The translations under genes and the position numbers were made by a program. This document shows, in pieces, positions 17,000-26,366 of a DNA stretch of 48,591 bases. Every line of letters starts with the position of its first letter. The first letter of the stretch is position 1. The notes under the pieces were generated by a model. It searched no databases and was not told where the DNA came from. It worked only from the letters and a program-made list of their open reading frames with translations. This DNA comes from a virus. Its lineage: Duplodnaviria > Caudoviricetes. The DNA lies in IMG/VR virus record IMGVR_UViG_3300016667_000489, positions 1 to 48,591 of that record. One strand, written 5' to 3'.

Positions 17000-17490
17000 C
17001 GTCTATATGTCTTTAAAGCTAAAAGATTAGAAGTCGGATCAAGCAGACACTTTGGTTGAGCTGTGTTTTGTTTCCAAATAACTGGCTTAATAGTTCCTGC
17101 CGTATACCATTCCAAATGCAACATTGCTTGGTTTACTATGGCACACTTTATAAGAGCTATTTTAGAGCCGGGCTCAATTAATTGTCCAATTTGGATATCT
17201 TTTAAAACTTCCACTTCGCCATAAAGAACAACGCCGGAATTACCTTCAATCAATATTGCATCAGTTGCTAATAAGTTTGAATAAGGAGTTCCTGGTCCGG
17301 TGAATTGAATAATATCAATAACTGTTCCACGTTCTACAGAATGAACTGAAGTATGTTCTGGAACATATAAGTCTACTCCAGTATGAACGTTGTGATTTTT
17401 TGAATATCCAAAGCCTGCTGGATGGTATTTACCTATGGGTAAGCTCCAACAAACTGCTGGCAATGGATCTTTCCAAGATGATGTAGTCAT
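16996..17490 (-). CDS. M23/LytM-family protein with degenerate HxH motif
   Basis: HTGVD is present, but YGEV and MLHLE replace the usual YxHL and HLH. Confidence 0.8.
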   Translation of the reverse strand: MTTSSWKDPLPAVCWSLPIGKYHPAGFGYSKNHNVHTGVDLYVPEHTSVHSVERGTVIDIIQFTGPGTPYSNLLATDAILIEGNSGVVLYGEVEVLKDIQIGQLIEPGSKIALIKCAIVNQAMLHLEWYTAGTIKPVIWKQNTAQPKCLLDPTSNLLALKTYRR

Positions 17491-17536
17491 TTACAATTAT
17501 TATTAACTATTTATTAGTATCTTAACAGGAGTAAGT

Positions 17537-17932
17537 ATGGCTATTAAAAACGTTTTAGGTTCTCAAGGTGTAGTAAGTTCAAATGTTGCAAATGGCGCTC
17601 ACATGGTTATAAGTGTAAGTGATTTGCAAGATCCAGTATACAGCGACACTGATCTAGTAGTTGGTCCGGTAATGCATCGTGTAGATGATGCAACAGCTTC
17701 CGGAAATGCATTAAGATTAACTGCTGAACACGTAGTAAAAGGAAATGTTATATACATAGCTTCTCCGCTAAACAATAACGTTCTTATAGAAGCTCCACCC
17801 GGCGGATCTTTTTATGGTTCAGTTGTAGGATTTGGTGTTGGCTCTTATAATTTATTACTTGGTGAAAATATGATGTTAATCTGTTTTGATGATACTGCCG
17901 ATGGTAGTAAATGGTCTGTTGGTATATTTTGA
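17537..17932 (+). CDS. Putative virion protein, paralogue 1
   Basis: Aligns end to end with 17990-18367 (VGPV..RVD, L.A.HVV.GN, PP.GGS). GGAG SD. Confidence 0.65.
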   Translation: MAIKNVLGSQGVVSSNVANGAHMVISVSDLQDPVYSDTDLVVGPVMHRVDDATASGNALRLTAEHVVKGNVIYIASPLNNNVLIEAPPGGSFYGSVVGFGVGSYNLLLGENMMLICFDDTADGSKWSVGIF

Positions 17933-17989
17933 TGAATAATATTATTTAGGATAATATTTATAGCTACCACAGGAAGAAGGTGAATTAAT

Positions 17990-18367
17990 ATGAGCATCAG
18001 AAATACAGTAACATCAGTAGGAATTGTAAGTACTTTAGCAGCTACAGAAGCTCAACTAGTTATGAGCGTAAGTGAAGCTGTAACAACTGCAACAGTTGGC
18101 GGTGTAGAATTGCCAGTAGGTCCAGTTGTATTGCGTGTTGACAGCGCCAACGATGCTCACATCGTTAAGCTATCAGCAGATCATGTAGTTCTAGGAAATA
18201 CATTGGTCGTTGCAAACGTTGATTCAGCACAAGACTTTGTATTACAACCACCATCCGGAGGTTCAATCCTTGGTGGAAATGTAACCGTAGGAAATGGCGA
18301 AGCGGCGATGGTTGTTTGCGTAGATGCAACAGCAGGCGCTTCAGTCTGGGCAAAAATCAAAGGCTGA
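17990..18367 (+). CDS. Putative virion protein, paralogue 2
   Basis: See paralogue 1. ATATTTAT upstream. Confidence 0.65.
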   Translation: MSIRNTVTSVGIVSTLAATEAQLVMSVSEAVTTATVGGVELPVGPVVLRVDSANDAHIVKLSADHVVLGNTLVVANVDSAQDFVLQPPSGGSILGGNVTVGNGEAAMVVCVDATAGASVWAKIKG

Positions 18368-18392
18368 TATTATACCCTGTGGTATAAACACA

Positions 18393-18428
18393 AAAGGGAA
18401 GGTCTTACGACCTTCCCTTTATTTTTTT
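18393..18428. terminator. Bidirectional terminator
   Basis: AAAGGGAAGGTC/GACCTTCCCTTT perfect stem between convergent genes. Confidence 0.88.
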
Positions 18429-18442
18429 AACTATTTCTTAAA

Positions 18443-19093
18443 TCAGCGGATTGGCTTACCGTTAGGCAAACGGAATTCTGTCTCAATCTTAAACTCTGCA
18501 TGGAAGCTAGGAATACCGACGTGATTTACGATATTGTGCTTCATAGCCTCGTCAGCATCAATGAACCAATCGGCGTGCTTCTTCTGGTGAACTAACTCAA
18601 GGAAATAATCCTCCTTGTGTCCACAGTTCTTTGCCATCATCTTGAAGATACGCTCATTCAAACGATCAGTCTCTACAGCGTTAGCCTTTACTTCTTCGTT
18701 CTTACCCCAATTCATGCTGGATACTTCGTGAATCATTACGGTAGCCGATGGAGCACAGAAACGATAGCCTTCGGCGCCACAGGTAAGAAGAACAGCGCCA
18801 CATGACATAGCCTTACCTTCTACGATGGTTGCAACCTTTACCTTGCAGGCATTAATCATATCAACCATAGCAAGGAGAGAATATACCTCACCACCATAGC
18901 TATCAATGATAATTGGTAGGATTTCCTGCTTTGCCTTTACGCAATGATCTTCTGCGGCTTCCAATTCTTCACAGAACTTATTTGCTGTTTGCTCTGTAAA
19001 GGCGCCAGAGAACTTGATATAGATCGGCATATAACACGCAGATTCAATATCCTTAACTCTTACTCTTTCATCTACGTTAACTGTATATCTCAT
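18443..19093 (-). CDS. clpP: ClpP-like serine protease
   Basis: Motifs IDSYGGEV, GKAMSCG (Ser), VMIHE (His), DWFIDADEA (Asp). Confidence 0.9.
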   Translation of the reverse strand: MRYTVNVDERVRVKDIESACYMPIYIKFSGAFTEQTANKFCEELEAAEDHCVKAKQEILPIIIDSYGGEVYSLLAMVDMINACKVKVATIVEGKAMSCGAVLLTCGAEGYRFCAPSATVMIHEVSSMNWGKNEEVKANAVETDRLNERIFKMMAKNCGHKEDYFLELVHQKKHADWFIDADEAMKHNIVNHVGIPSFHAEFKIETEFRLPNGKPIR

Positions 19094-19674
19094 TTTGTTG
19101 TTCCTTTTACTAGTTGTGTCATACTTTGCAATACTTTAAGGGTTAAATCAGCATCATAACTGGCTTCGTGTCTTTTGCTTTCGTCCACCTCAATCATCAT
19201 GGCGGAAGCCATTTCTGAAAGGCTATAAGTGTTAAGCTTTGGAACTATTCCAGTAAGAGCAAGAAACTTACCGATGGATGCGGTATCGATATGACGACGA
19301 TCAAAATAACGATCCCAATCTTCAATCAGATGGGTTTTTACAAACTTTACATCAAATCGGACATTATGACCAACTGGTGTAAGCTTTTGGTTTAGTGACC
19401 ATCCACAAATATAGTTCTTAAATCGTGTCTTAACCTCCGATATAGGCTTTGCTATCCTATCATGCTCTACAATGTCAATACGGTTCATTTCAAGACCTTG
19501 AGCATTTAAATGGTAAACACCATCATCGGGCTTAATCTTTAAATCAATCGTATCCAATATATTCAGATTTTCATCAAGAATATGCCCGTATAGAGTCAAA
19601 AGACTCATTTCTTTTCGGACACCGCCCGTTTCCGTATCAAATAGGAAATATTTAGGATTGTCTATTGTTGCCAT
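19090..19674 (-). CDS. DEDDh 3'-5' exonuclease (DnaQ/epsilon-like)
   Basis: Motifs FDTETGG, GHNVRFD, HEASYD. Start moved to 19674 on promoter position. Confidence 0.88.
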   Translation of the reverse strand: MATIDNPKYFLFDTETGGVRKEMSLLTLYGHILDENLNILDTIDLKIKPDDGVYHLNAQGLEMNRIDIVEHDRIAKPISEVKTRFKNYICGWSLNQKLTPVGHNVRFDVKFVKTHLIEDWDRYFDRRHIDTASIGKFLALTGIVPKLNTYSLSEMASAMMIEVDESKRHEASYDADLTLKVLQSMTQLVKGTTK

Positions 19675-19680
19675 ATATCC

Positions 19681-19709
19681 ATCATACATGACAGGATTAA
19701 GAATATAAA
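19681..19709 (-). promoter_or_regulatory. Sigma70-type promoter, leaderless
   Basis: TTTATA-17-TATGAT, 6 nt before ATG 19674. Confidence 0.6.
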
Positions 19710-19768
19710 GACCATTTCTCTTTTTGTGGAACGCTACCAATTAAGAGAGAGATAATTAAAGATATACC

Positions 19769-21052
19769 ATGACCAAAAAAACTAATCTACAGAAACTTCT
19801 AGAGTATACCGGACCTAACTTTTATGGTAATCCATCCTTTGGTGGAACCGGTAACTATGGTCGAGGCGGTTACAAACAACTAGCTCATTTGGGTCTTAAT
19901 CCAGCTACACAAGAAATAGTAGACCAAGAACAAGAAGAGTTACAACAAAACGTTGAAGATCAGGAATGGATTAATAACAAATATCGTAGAGGTATGGGAT
20001 TTAATTCTGATGAAGATCCTGTTCCACATTGGAATGGTAGAAATGGCGCTGTAGAAACTGTAGCAGAAAGTGCTCCATACGATAACTCTGTTTCTCGTAT
20101 GAGAGATTTACCAGGGTTCCCTGCTCCTAACACTTTGGTTGAACCAAAACAATTTACGCCACTTAATGCTGGTGCAGAATATGAAAATCAAATTGATGGA
20201 CGCAAGGTAGAGTATCTTGGACCAACACTTAATGGCGTTCCTATGGATGATATGACAGGAAACTCTACTGCATTGGCATTAGAGCTATCAGAAGAACAAG
20301 AAGAACCAATTGGCAAGCGTATTAAGAAGGTTCAAAAAGCAAATCCGGATTTGGAAATGAGTAAGCTTATTGGACCAGATCCAGACATTGATGATGAAGT
20401 AGAGCATGAACAAGATGCGGCAGACATAATTCTTTATGATTTAATAAAGGAACTTACAGAAGAATATATTAATGAAATTCTTGGTGCTCCAAAAGCTACA
20501 ATGCCAGATCGTTTAGGTTGGAATAACACAAGAACAAATTCATTAGCAGCATGGAGAAATCATATTAATCCAGATGAACCTCCAACAGAAACATGGCGCC
20601 CACAATTTGGAGAAAATGCAGAGCAAAATCCGCCAATTATATATGAACCTCCACAAAGAAGTCCATTAGGCTCAAGCGCAGCTATTGGATGGCCAAAACA
20701 ATTTGTTCCAGCAGACTATGAAGCAACTCATGGACAAGATGAAGGTTTTGGTGAGGATTTATTAGGCGCAAGAAGATTGAGACAATCTCCTACAGATGAT
20801 GATCGTGTTGGGGTTAACGCAAGTATAAGAGAGGCACATATGGAAGAACTTAAAGCTTTATTAGAATATCTTTTGAATGAAGGAATTGATGAAGGCGAGA
20901 ATGCTCCAACTAATCCAAGCCTATGGAGTCAAGCCAAGTCACAAGCCAAGAAAAAGTTTAAAGTATATCCAAGTGCATACGCTAATGCATGGGCATCTAA
21001 ATGGTATAAGAGTAAAGGTGGCGGCTGGCGTAAGAAGGGAAAGAAAAAATGA
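19769..21052 (+). CDS. Acidic putative virion protein with basic C-terminal DUF5872-like module
   Basis: Multiple L-x-E helices. C-terminus PTNPSLWSQAK...YPSAYA..W.SKWYKSKGGGW. Confidence 0.6.
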   Translation: MTKKTNLQKLLEYTGPNFYGNPSFGGTGNYGRGGYKQLAHLGLNPATQEIVDQEQEELQQNVEDQEWINNKYRRGMGFNSDEDPVPHWNGRNGAVETVAESAPYDNSVSRMRDLPGFPAPNTLVEPKQFTPLNAGAEYENQIDGRKVEYLGPTLNGVPMDDMTGNSTALALELSEEQEEPIGKRIKKVQKANPDLEMSKLIGPDPDIDDEVEHEQDAADIILYDLIKELTEEYINEILGAPKATMPDRLGWNNTRTNSLAAWRNHINPDEPPTETWRPQFGENAEQNPPIIYEPPQRSPLGSSAAIGWPKQFVPADYEATHGQDEGFGEDLLGARRLRQSPTDDDRVGVNASIREAHMEELKALLEYLLNEGIDEGENAPTNPSLWSQAKSQAKKKFKVYPSAYANAWASKWYKSKGGGWRKKGKKK

Positions 21053-22299
21053 ACGAAGACCTTCGCAAATGGTTTAAAGAAAAGTGGGTAGATATCAGCC
21101 GCAAGAAAAAAGGCGGTGGTCATCCCCCATGTGGCGCATCTGCTGACAAAGGCGTAAGAGCAAAGGATAGCTCTAAAAAATATCCAAAATGTGTCCCAGC
21201 AAATAAGGCTAAAAATATGAGCAAAAAACAAAAGAAAAGCGCAGTAACAAGAAAGCGTCGTGCTCCAAACGAGCCAGGTAGTCCTGATTTTGTTAAAACT
21301 GACGTTAAAAAGGAAAGCTGGGAAAGCTGGAAGCCAAAAACTAAAGAAATATATGCCAAAGGTCTTCCAAGTAATAATGCACCAGAAAACCCAGAGCCTA
21401 TGGGCGGTGCAGTTGCTTTTGAGAAAAGCCGTGAAAAAGTTTTGGCTGATTTAAAAGAAATGATCAATCAGCTTGTTAAAGAAGTATTAGCTGAACAAAC
21501 AAAACCTGCCCGACCCGTTGCATTACGGGCATCTTCTTTCAATGATCCAGAGCAATCAAAAGAACAAAATATTGCAAATATCGATGACGCAATATCCCTT
21601 CTCAATAGAAATGAAAAAGAACTTACACCAGAACAAAAGCGAGATTTAGAAAGCTTTGTTATCAAATATGCTTATGAAACAATTGGCACCAAAAAAAGTC
21701 CAATGTATAGAGAAGAAGATTTGAACAGACTATCGGATGCTTCCGGTTATCCAAATTTTACAAAAATAATAAATGACAAAGTTCCAAATATGTCAGAAAA
21801 AGGCGGACAAATATATAGTGCTTTAGAATTGTATGACGGTAAAAGGGCAATAGCAGGTCGTCAACAACCAGCTCTTTCTGTCGGTGTTAAAGGTGCAACT
21901 TCACCAAAACAACAAAGCATAGACGTAACGAAAACAGTTGAAGTTCTTAAATCTAAAGAAGTTCAAGATGCCATTAAGGGATATATAGAAAAACTACAAG
22001 CTGCTGGCATTTCAAGTCCAGAAATCTCAAAGAGAATTGAAGACTTGGGAGGAATGATTGATCCAGATTATCCAACATCATTTGCAGCGTCCCAAATTCG
22101 TGGATTGGACCCTCGTTATCTTGGACCACCACAAATATCTCCAGAAGAAAAAACAGTATTCCAAAAAGTTAAAGGTTTCTTTGGATTGAACGAAGAGGAA
22201 ACAAAACAATTGATGGAACGCTATAATATCAAATCACAAGAGGATTTTAATATTCTTGTAGAAGCAGTAACTACTATAGTTCTTAAGGAAGGTAAGTGA
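21049..22299 (+). CDS. Putative virion protein with basic N-terminal DUF5872-like module
   Basis: LRKWFKEKWVDI...PCG...YPKCVP...RKR. Internal LKEMINQLVKEVLAEQ. ATGA-coupled. Confidence 0.6.
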   Translation: MNEDLRKWFKEKWVDISRKKKGGGHPPCGASADKGVRAKDSSKKYPKCVPANKAKNMSKKQKKSAVTRKRRAPNEPGSPDFVKTDVKKESWESWKPKTKEIYAKGLPSNNAPENPEPMGGAVAFEKSREKVLADLKEMINQLVKEVLAEQTKPARPVALRASSFNDPEQSKEQNIANIDDAISLLNRNEKELTPEQKRDLESFVIKYAYETIGTKKSPMYREEDLNRLSDASGYPNFTKIINDKVPNMSEKGGQIYSALELYDGKRAIAGRQQPALSVGVKGATSPKQQSIDVTKTVEVLKSKEVQDAIKGYIEKLQAAGISSPEISKRIEDLGGMIDPDYPTSFAASQIRGLDPRYLGPPQISPEEKTVFQKVKGFFGLNEEETKQLMERYNIKSQEDFNILVEAVTTIVLKEGK

Positions 22300-22300
22300 T

Positions 22301-22792
22301 ATGGATGATTGGGAAGCAAAATATTGGGCAAATAGAGCTGCACAAATTCAACAACAACCTCAACGCCCACAATTTCAACAGCCAACACGTCCTCAAATGC
22401 CAGAAGTAGACGTGGCTGGTATGCTCATGCAAAGAGCTATGATGCAACAACCAACGTCTGGTGGTTCTGTATATCTCCGTGAAGGTGCAAACTATTATCG
22501 TCAAATTCAGAACCCAGATGGATGGGGAACCACTACTACACTCATTCGTAGTATGGGTCCATTAAGCGGCGTAGCTAATAAAGAATTTGCTATAATGGGA
22601 GAGATGCGAGCCTACTGTGTGGACGACCTACCATCAATTGATTTATCTAAAATCAACGAGCAGCCACAGAGAATGAAAGATTTGGTTCGTGTTCGTGCTC
22701 CATTCGCAGGAGACTTATTAGTTGAACGTTCTGCTATCGTAAATGGTGGAAATAGCACTTCCTATGGTGGTAAATCATTGTTAAAAGGTTGA
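22301..22792 (+). CDS. Hypothetical protein, Q/P-rich N-terminus
   Basis: Co-oriented ORF. Confidence 0.7.
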   Translation: MDDWEAKYWANRAAQIQQQPQRPQFQQPTRPQMPEVDVAGMLMQRAMMQQPTSGGSVYLREGANYYRQIQNPDGWGTTTTLIRSMGPLSGVANKEFAIMGEMRAYCVDDLPSIDLSKINEQPQRMKDLVRVRAPFAGDLLVERSAIVNGGNSTSYGGKSLLKG

Positions 22793-22800
22793 GGTGAAGT

Positions 22801-23697
22801 ATGGTTAAAAGGGCGCTTGTATTAAGTGGTGGTGGTTCAAGAGGTGCTTATCAAGTTGGTGCAATACAAGCGTTATTAGAAGCTGGAAGAACTTGGAATA
22901 CTGTTCATGGTATATCTGTCGGTGCTCTTAATGCTTCTTGGATTGCAATGCACTCCCCAATGGAACAACCTCATTCTATAAACGGACTATTAGATATCTG
23001 GAACAACATAAACACCTCGGATGATATATACACACGTTGGAATCCTGTTAAGCCTATAAACTATCTCTATTCAATGTGGAAGGGTTCTCTACACAGCGGA
23101 CAACCTTTAAAGAACCTTGTTGATAAGTTTCTTGATGCTGGGAAGATAGTTTCAAGCGGCGTTAAACTTACTGTAGGTTGCGTAAACCTCAATAACTCTG
23201 AATACACTGTAATAGACGGAGAAAATCCAGCTATTAAAGAGTTTATCCTTGCATCCAGCCACTTGCCATTAGTCTTTGAACCTATTGATCTATATGGAGA
23301 GAAATGGGTAGATGGTGGTATCCGACACCAGATTCCAATCTATGAAGCCCTTAAAGAACGTCCAGATGAAATAGACGTTGTTCTTACTTCCCCTATAGCT
23401 ATTAGAGATCGTGTCCTACCAGCTACTAACCTCACAAGCGCCCCCAGAGTCGCTTTACGGGCTTCTGAAATAATGAGCGACCAAGTTTACCTTATGGACT
23501 GCTACACGGTTTTAAGAGCCGCCAAGACGCTGGAAAACGTAAAGATTAACGTATTCATTCCAAGCGTATCCCCAAATCAAAATAGCATGGACTTTGATAA
23601 AGAAAAAATCCAAGCCGGTATAAAGCTTGGATACGATGAAACCATTATGAAGTTAATACAAAAGGGTGATTTTGATGATGGCGGTTTTGATTTTTAA
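22801..23697 (+). CDS. Patatin-like phospholipase
   Basis: Motifs LSGGGSRG, GISVG nucleophile and DGG. GAGG SD. Confidence 0.92.
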   Translation: MVKRALVLSGGGSRGAYQVGAIQALLEAGRTWNTVHGISVGALNASWIAMHSPMEQPHSINGLLDIWNNINTSDDIYTRWNPVKPINYLYSMWKGSLHSGQPLKNLVDKFLDAGKIVSSGVKLTVGCVNLNNSEYTVIDGENPAIKEFILASSHLPLVFEPIDLYGEKWVDGGIRHQIPIYEALKERPDEIDVVLTSPIAIRDRVLPATNLTSAPRVALRASEIMSDQVYLMDCYTVLRAAKTLENVKINVFIPSVSPNQNSMDFDKEKIQAGIKLGYDETIMKLIQKGDFDDGGFDF

Positions 23698-23701
23698 AAA
23701 G

Positions 23702-23726
23702 AAAAAACCCCGGCAGAGCCGGGGTT
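23702..23726 (-). terminator. Intrinsic terminator
   Basis: AACCCCGGC/GCCGGGGTT stem with a T tract on the minus strand. Confidence 0.8.
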
Positions 23727-23751
23727 GAGTCCGTTTAGATTTTAGCGACTA

Positions 23752-24831
23752 TCACATACGCCAACCACCACGGAAATAGGCAGCACGACCCAGGTTAGGA
23801 TACCGACGCCCAACCGACCGGGTATTGTAAGTGCCTTCCGGAGTAGCCTCGCCGGTATCAACCTTTCGGATCTCACCAAAGATACCCGAGGTGCGGGCAA
23901 TCTCGATAACACGATCAAGGTTAGCGATGGTGAACGACCACGACTTCGTGGCAGGATTGTAGTTGCGCTGATTAGCGGGGATGGTCTTAAGCTGCGCCAT
24001 GAAACCAGTCATGTTCGCATTACGAACCCACGGGAAGGTTGCAACGAAATCCTGCGAACGGGTGGAAATCCCGAAAACATGGACTGGAGCGGTCGAAGCC
24101 GCAGCAGCGGTAGCAACAGCCTGATTATTCTGAACCCAGGTAGCAGCCTCGGTAGCAAGCGCAGCGATATCGCCCTCATACATCGGCCAGTAGCGGCGAA
24201 CATTCTCAAGGAAGCGTGCAGCCTGGACAGCCGGGACAGAGTAGGGAGCACGATCCCCACGATACTTCGGCGTAAGCACACCGGGGATCTGGCGCATCGC
24301 AGCCCAACCCGACTTATTACCAAGCCCGCTCATGTAGACCCGACCATTCTCAAACCAAACACGGCTGGGCGAGGTAGAAGCCTCACCGGAGAGGACAGCC
24401 GCAAGACCGACGTAGCCACAGGCACGCACAACGTCAACAACGGTGGAGCGAACGATGGGGGTAGGATTCTCGTAGGAGCAGACGAGATCACAGGCACGGA
24501 CAACCTCACGGAGATCCGCCCCGGTGCGCTGCATAATGGTCATATCGTCGGTAAGGTTAGCAACCTTTTCAGCCGCCTTAAGGAGACGCTTAACCGCCGC
24601 CTTCCAAACGCTCACAACCTCCGGAGCGAGCATTTCCTCACGGACGCTCATGGCACGGACAGTCGCAAGCCCAAAGTTAGCAACAATGGTCTTAGCGTAA
24701 AGGTGAGTATCCTTCTTACGGCAGACGGGACCGACACCGCACTCACGGGAAGCGGGATCGGTGAGAGCATCGCCACAACGGCTGCAATAACGGCGGGTGT
24801 TGTCGGTGTGAAGGTGATTGCGATTCGTCAT
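23752..24831 (-). CDS. DUF6011-like Zn-finger protein with possible C-terminal HARP-like domain
   Basis: CSRCGDALTDPASRECGVGPVC and RNYNPATKSWSF. GC-rich. Confidence 0.7.
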   Translation of the reverse strand: MTNRNHLHTDNTRRYCSRCGDALTDPASRECGVGPVCRKKDTHLYAKTIVANFGLATVRAMSVREEMLAPEVVSVWKAAVKRLLKAAEKVANLTDDMTIMQRTGADLREVVRACDLVCSYENPTPIVRSTVVDVVRACGYVGLAAVLSGEASTSPSRVWFENGRVYMSGLGNKSGWAAMRQIPGVLTPKYRGDRAPYSVPAVQAARFLENVRRYWPMYEGDIAALATEAATWVQNNQAVATAAAASTAPVHVFGISTRSQDFVATFPWVRNANMTGFMAQLKTIPANQRNYNPATKSWSFTIANLDRVIEIARTSGIFGEIRKVDTGEATPEGTYNTRSVGRRYPNLGRAAYFRGGWRM

Positions 24832-24840
24832 TATGTTAAT

Positions 24841-24869
24841 AGAATAACAGATTAATAGAAAAAATTCAA
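24841..24869 (-). promoter_or_regulatory. Sigma70-type promoter
   Basis: TTATTAC-TTGAAT-17-TATTCT with TG extension, 9 nt before ATG 24831. Confidence 0.8.
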
Positions 24870-24874
24870 GTAAT

Positions 24875-24898
24875 AAAAAACCCCGGATTTACCGGGGT
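24875..24898 (-). terminator. Intrinsic terminator
   Basis: ACCCCGG/CCGGGGT stem with a T tract on the minus strand. Confidence 0.75.
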
Positions 24899-24902
24899 AT
24901 TT

Positions 24903-25211
24903 TCAACGCTTTCGGAGCGGACTAACCTTATGCTTTGCTTTCCAGAGATAGGGGGCACAAGCTGCCGGGACTACAAACTCAATTTCCGGCTTTTCTGCTA
25001 GAGCGAAGACCCATGCTTTATCTTCACCACGGGGACCACCTTCCACATCACGAAGATACTGAATAAAGGTGCCATTTTCAATTCGTGTTACACCGTGAGA
25101 GGAACCGACTACCGGCATACAAGGGAGATAACGGATACCGGGAATATCATGGACGTTAACCTGACGTTGCTCACGCCAGTAAAACTTCGGCAATTCAGTT
25201 TGTTCAGCCAT
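24903..25211 (-). CDS. Hypothetical protein
   Basis: Has its own promoter and terminator. Confidence 0.7.
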   Translation of the reverse strand: MAEQTELPKFYWREQRQVNVHDIPGIRYLPCMPVVGSSHGVTRIENGTFIQYLRDVEGGPRGEDKAWVFALAEKPEIEFVVPAACAPYLWKAKHKVSPLRKR

Positions 25212-25217
25212 ATGATT

Positions 25218-25246
25218 AGTATACTCTATGATTTTGATATTTTCAA
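25218..25246 (-). promoter_or_regulatory. Sigma70-type promoter, leaderless
   Basis: TTGAAA-17-TATACT, 6 nt before ATG 25211. Confidence 0.8.
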
Positions 25247-25254
25247 GAGAATAA

Positions 25255-25740
25255 TCAAGCTACTGGTGCTGGTGCTGTTGGAGCGGGAGGAACTGCTGGT
25301 TGAGCGGCTGGTGTAGCTGGTGGCGCAGCAGAAGCTTCTGATGAAGGAGGAGCTTCCTGTTCGTTAACGTTGATAACAATCTTTCCGATTTCAACAAGAA
25401 ATTGTTCTATTTCAGATTTTTGTTGATCATTTTGTCTTTTAAAGAAAGATACAAGTTGTCCATATACTTCTGGATCTGTGAAAGAGCGACCACCACGAAT
25501 GACGTTAAGACGTTCAATCATATCATCAACAGTAAACTCTTTTGATTGTCCAGTTGGTGCAGCTTCTGGTGCTGGTGGAGCAGAAACATCGGCTGGTGGA
25601 GCAGCAGGAGCAGGCATTCCCATTGGAGCAGCGGCAGCATCTTGTTCAGAAAGGATTTGAACAACTGCTTCATTGATTAATCCGGATAGATATTTTTTAC
25701 GGCGTTCTTCTTGTAAAGCTTTACGAATTGATGATGTCAT
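25255..25740 (-). CDS. Hypothetical Ala/Pro-rich putative virion protein
   Basis: LINEAVVQILSEQ leader, GAGG SD. Confidence 0.65.
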   Translation of the reverse strand: MTSSIRKALQEERRKKYLSGLINEAVVQILSEQDAAAAPMGMPAPAAPPADVSAPPAPEAAPTGQSKEFTVDDMIERLNVIRGGRSFTDPEVYGQLVSFFKRQNDQQKSEIEQFLVEIGKIVINVNEQEAPPSSEASAAPPATPAAQPAVPPAPTAPAPVA

Positions 25741-25760
25741 ATATTTTCCTCAAAAAGTAA

Positions 25761-26366
25761 TTATTTGCTTCTTACTAAAAGCATCTTAATTGTAGAACGA
25801 TTGTTGTCAAAAGCGTATTTTAATTCATTTACTTTCCATATATGCTGCAAGTCAATCAAATTAATTTTCTTATTTTTGACAATGGCATAGAACTTGGTAA
25901 CAAATACATCATTCTTCGTAAGAACAAATTTTTTCCTTCTTCTTGTCACTCCTCTTTTTTGCAAAAGAATTCTTGCAGGTCCATTTTTAGAACGTTTCTG
26001 CTTATATACATTGTTTTGATAGAATGAGAAAAGCTGAATTAGTTTTCGGTCTTCTCCATGTATTTCAATCTCGGTAATATTACGATCTACCACAGTTTGA
26101 TTAAGACTGGTCAAATAAACATTTGTTGCAAATGCATTTTTTGTCAAGCGGCTTTCAAACTTTAAAACACATTTAACAATAGCTTCTTCTCTGCTTACGT
26201 TGTTTGTATTTACAATTGAATCTTCATTTAACAGTGCATCTAAATCTCGAATTGCTTCTAATCTTTTTAGATTGTTGTTTTCTAATGCAGCGGCTAAATC
26301 GTTTGAATCGGTTAAGCTTTCCGGATCCAACTCAACGTCTGATTCACTTGTAATAATTTTAGTCAT
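25761..26366 (-). CDS. Hypothetical protein
   Basis: Long co-oriented ORF. Confidence 0.65.
   Translation of the reverse strand: MTKIITSESDVELDPESLTDSNDLAAALENNNLKRLEAIRDLDALLNEDSIVNTNNVSREEAIVKCVLKFESRLTKNAFATNVYLTSLNQTVVDRNITEIEIHGEDRKLIQLFSFYQNNVYKQKRSKNGPARILLQKRGVTRRRKKFVLTKNDVFVTKFYAIVKNKKINLIDLQHIWKVNELKYAFDNNRSTIKMLLVRSK

Noticed and set aside
22801-23697. Patatin as part of a CBASS system
   Set aside because: No CD-NTase or Cap accessory gene is recognisable nearby.
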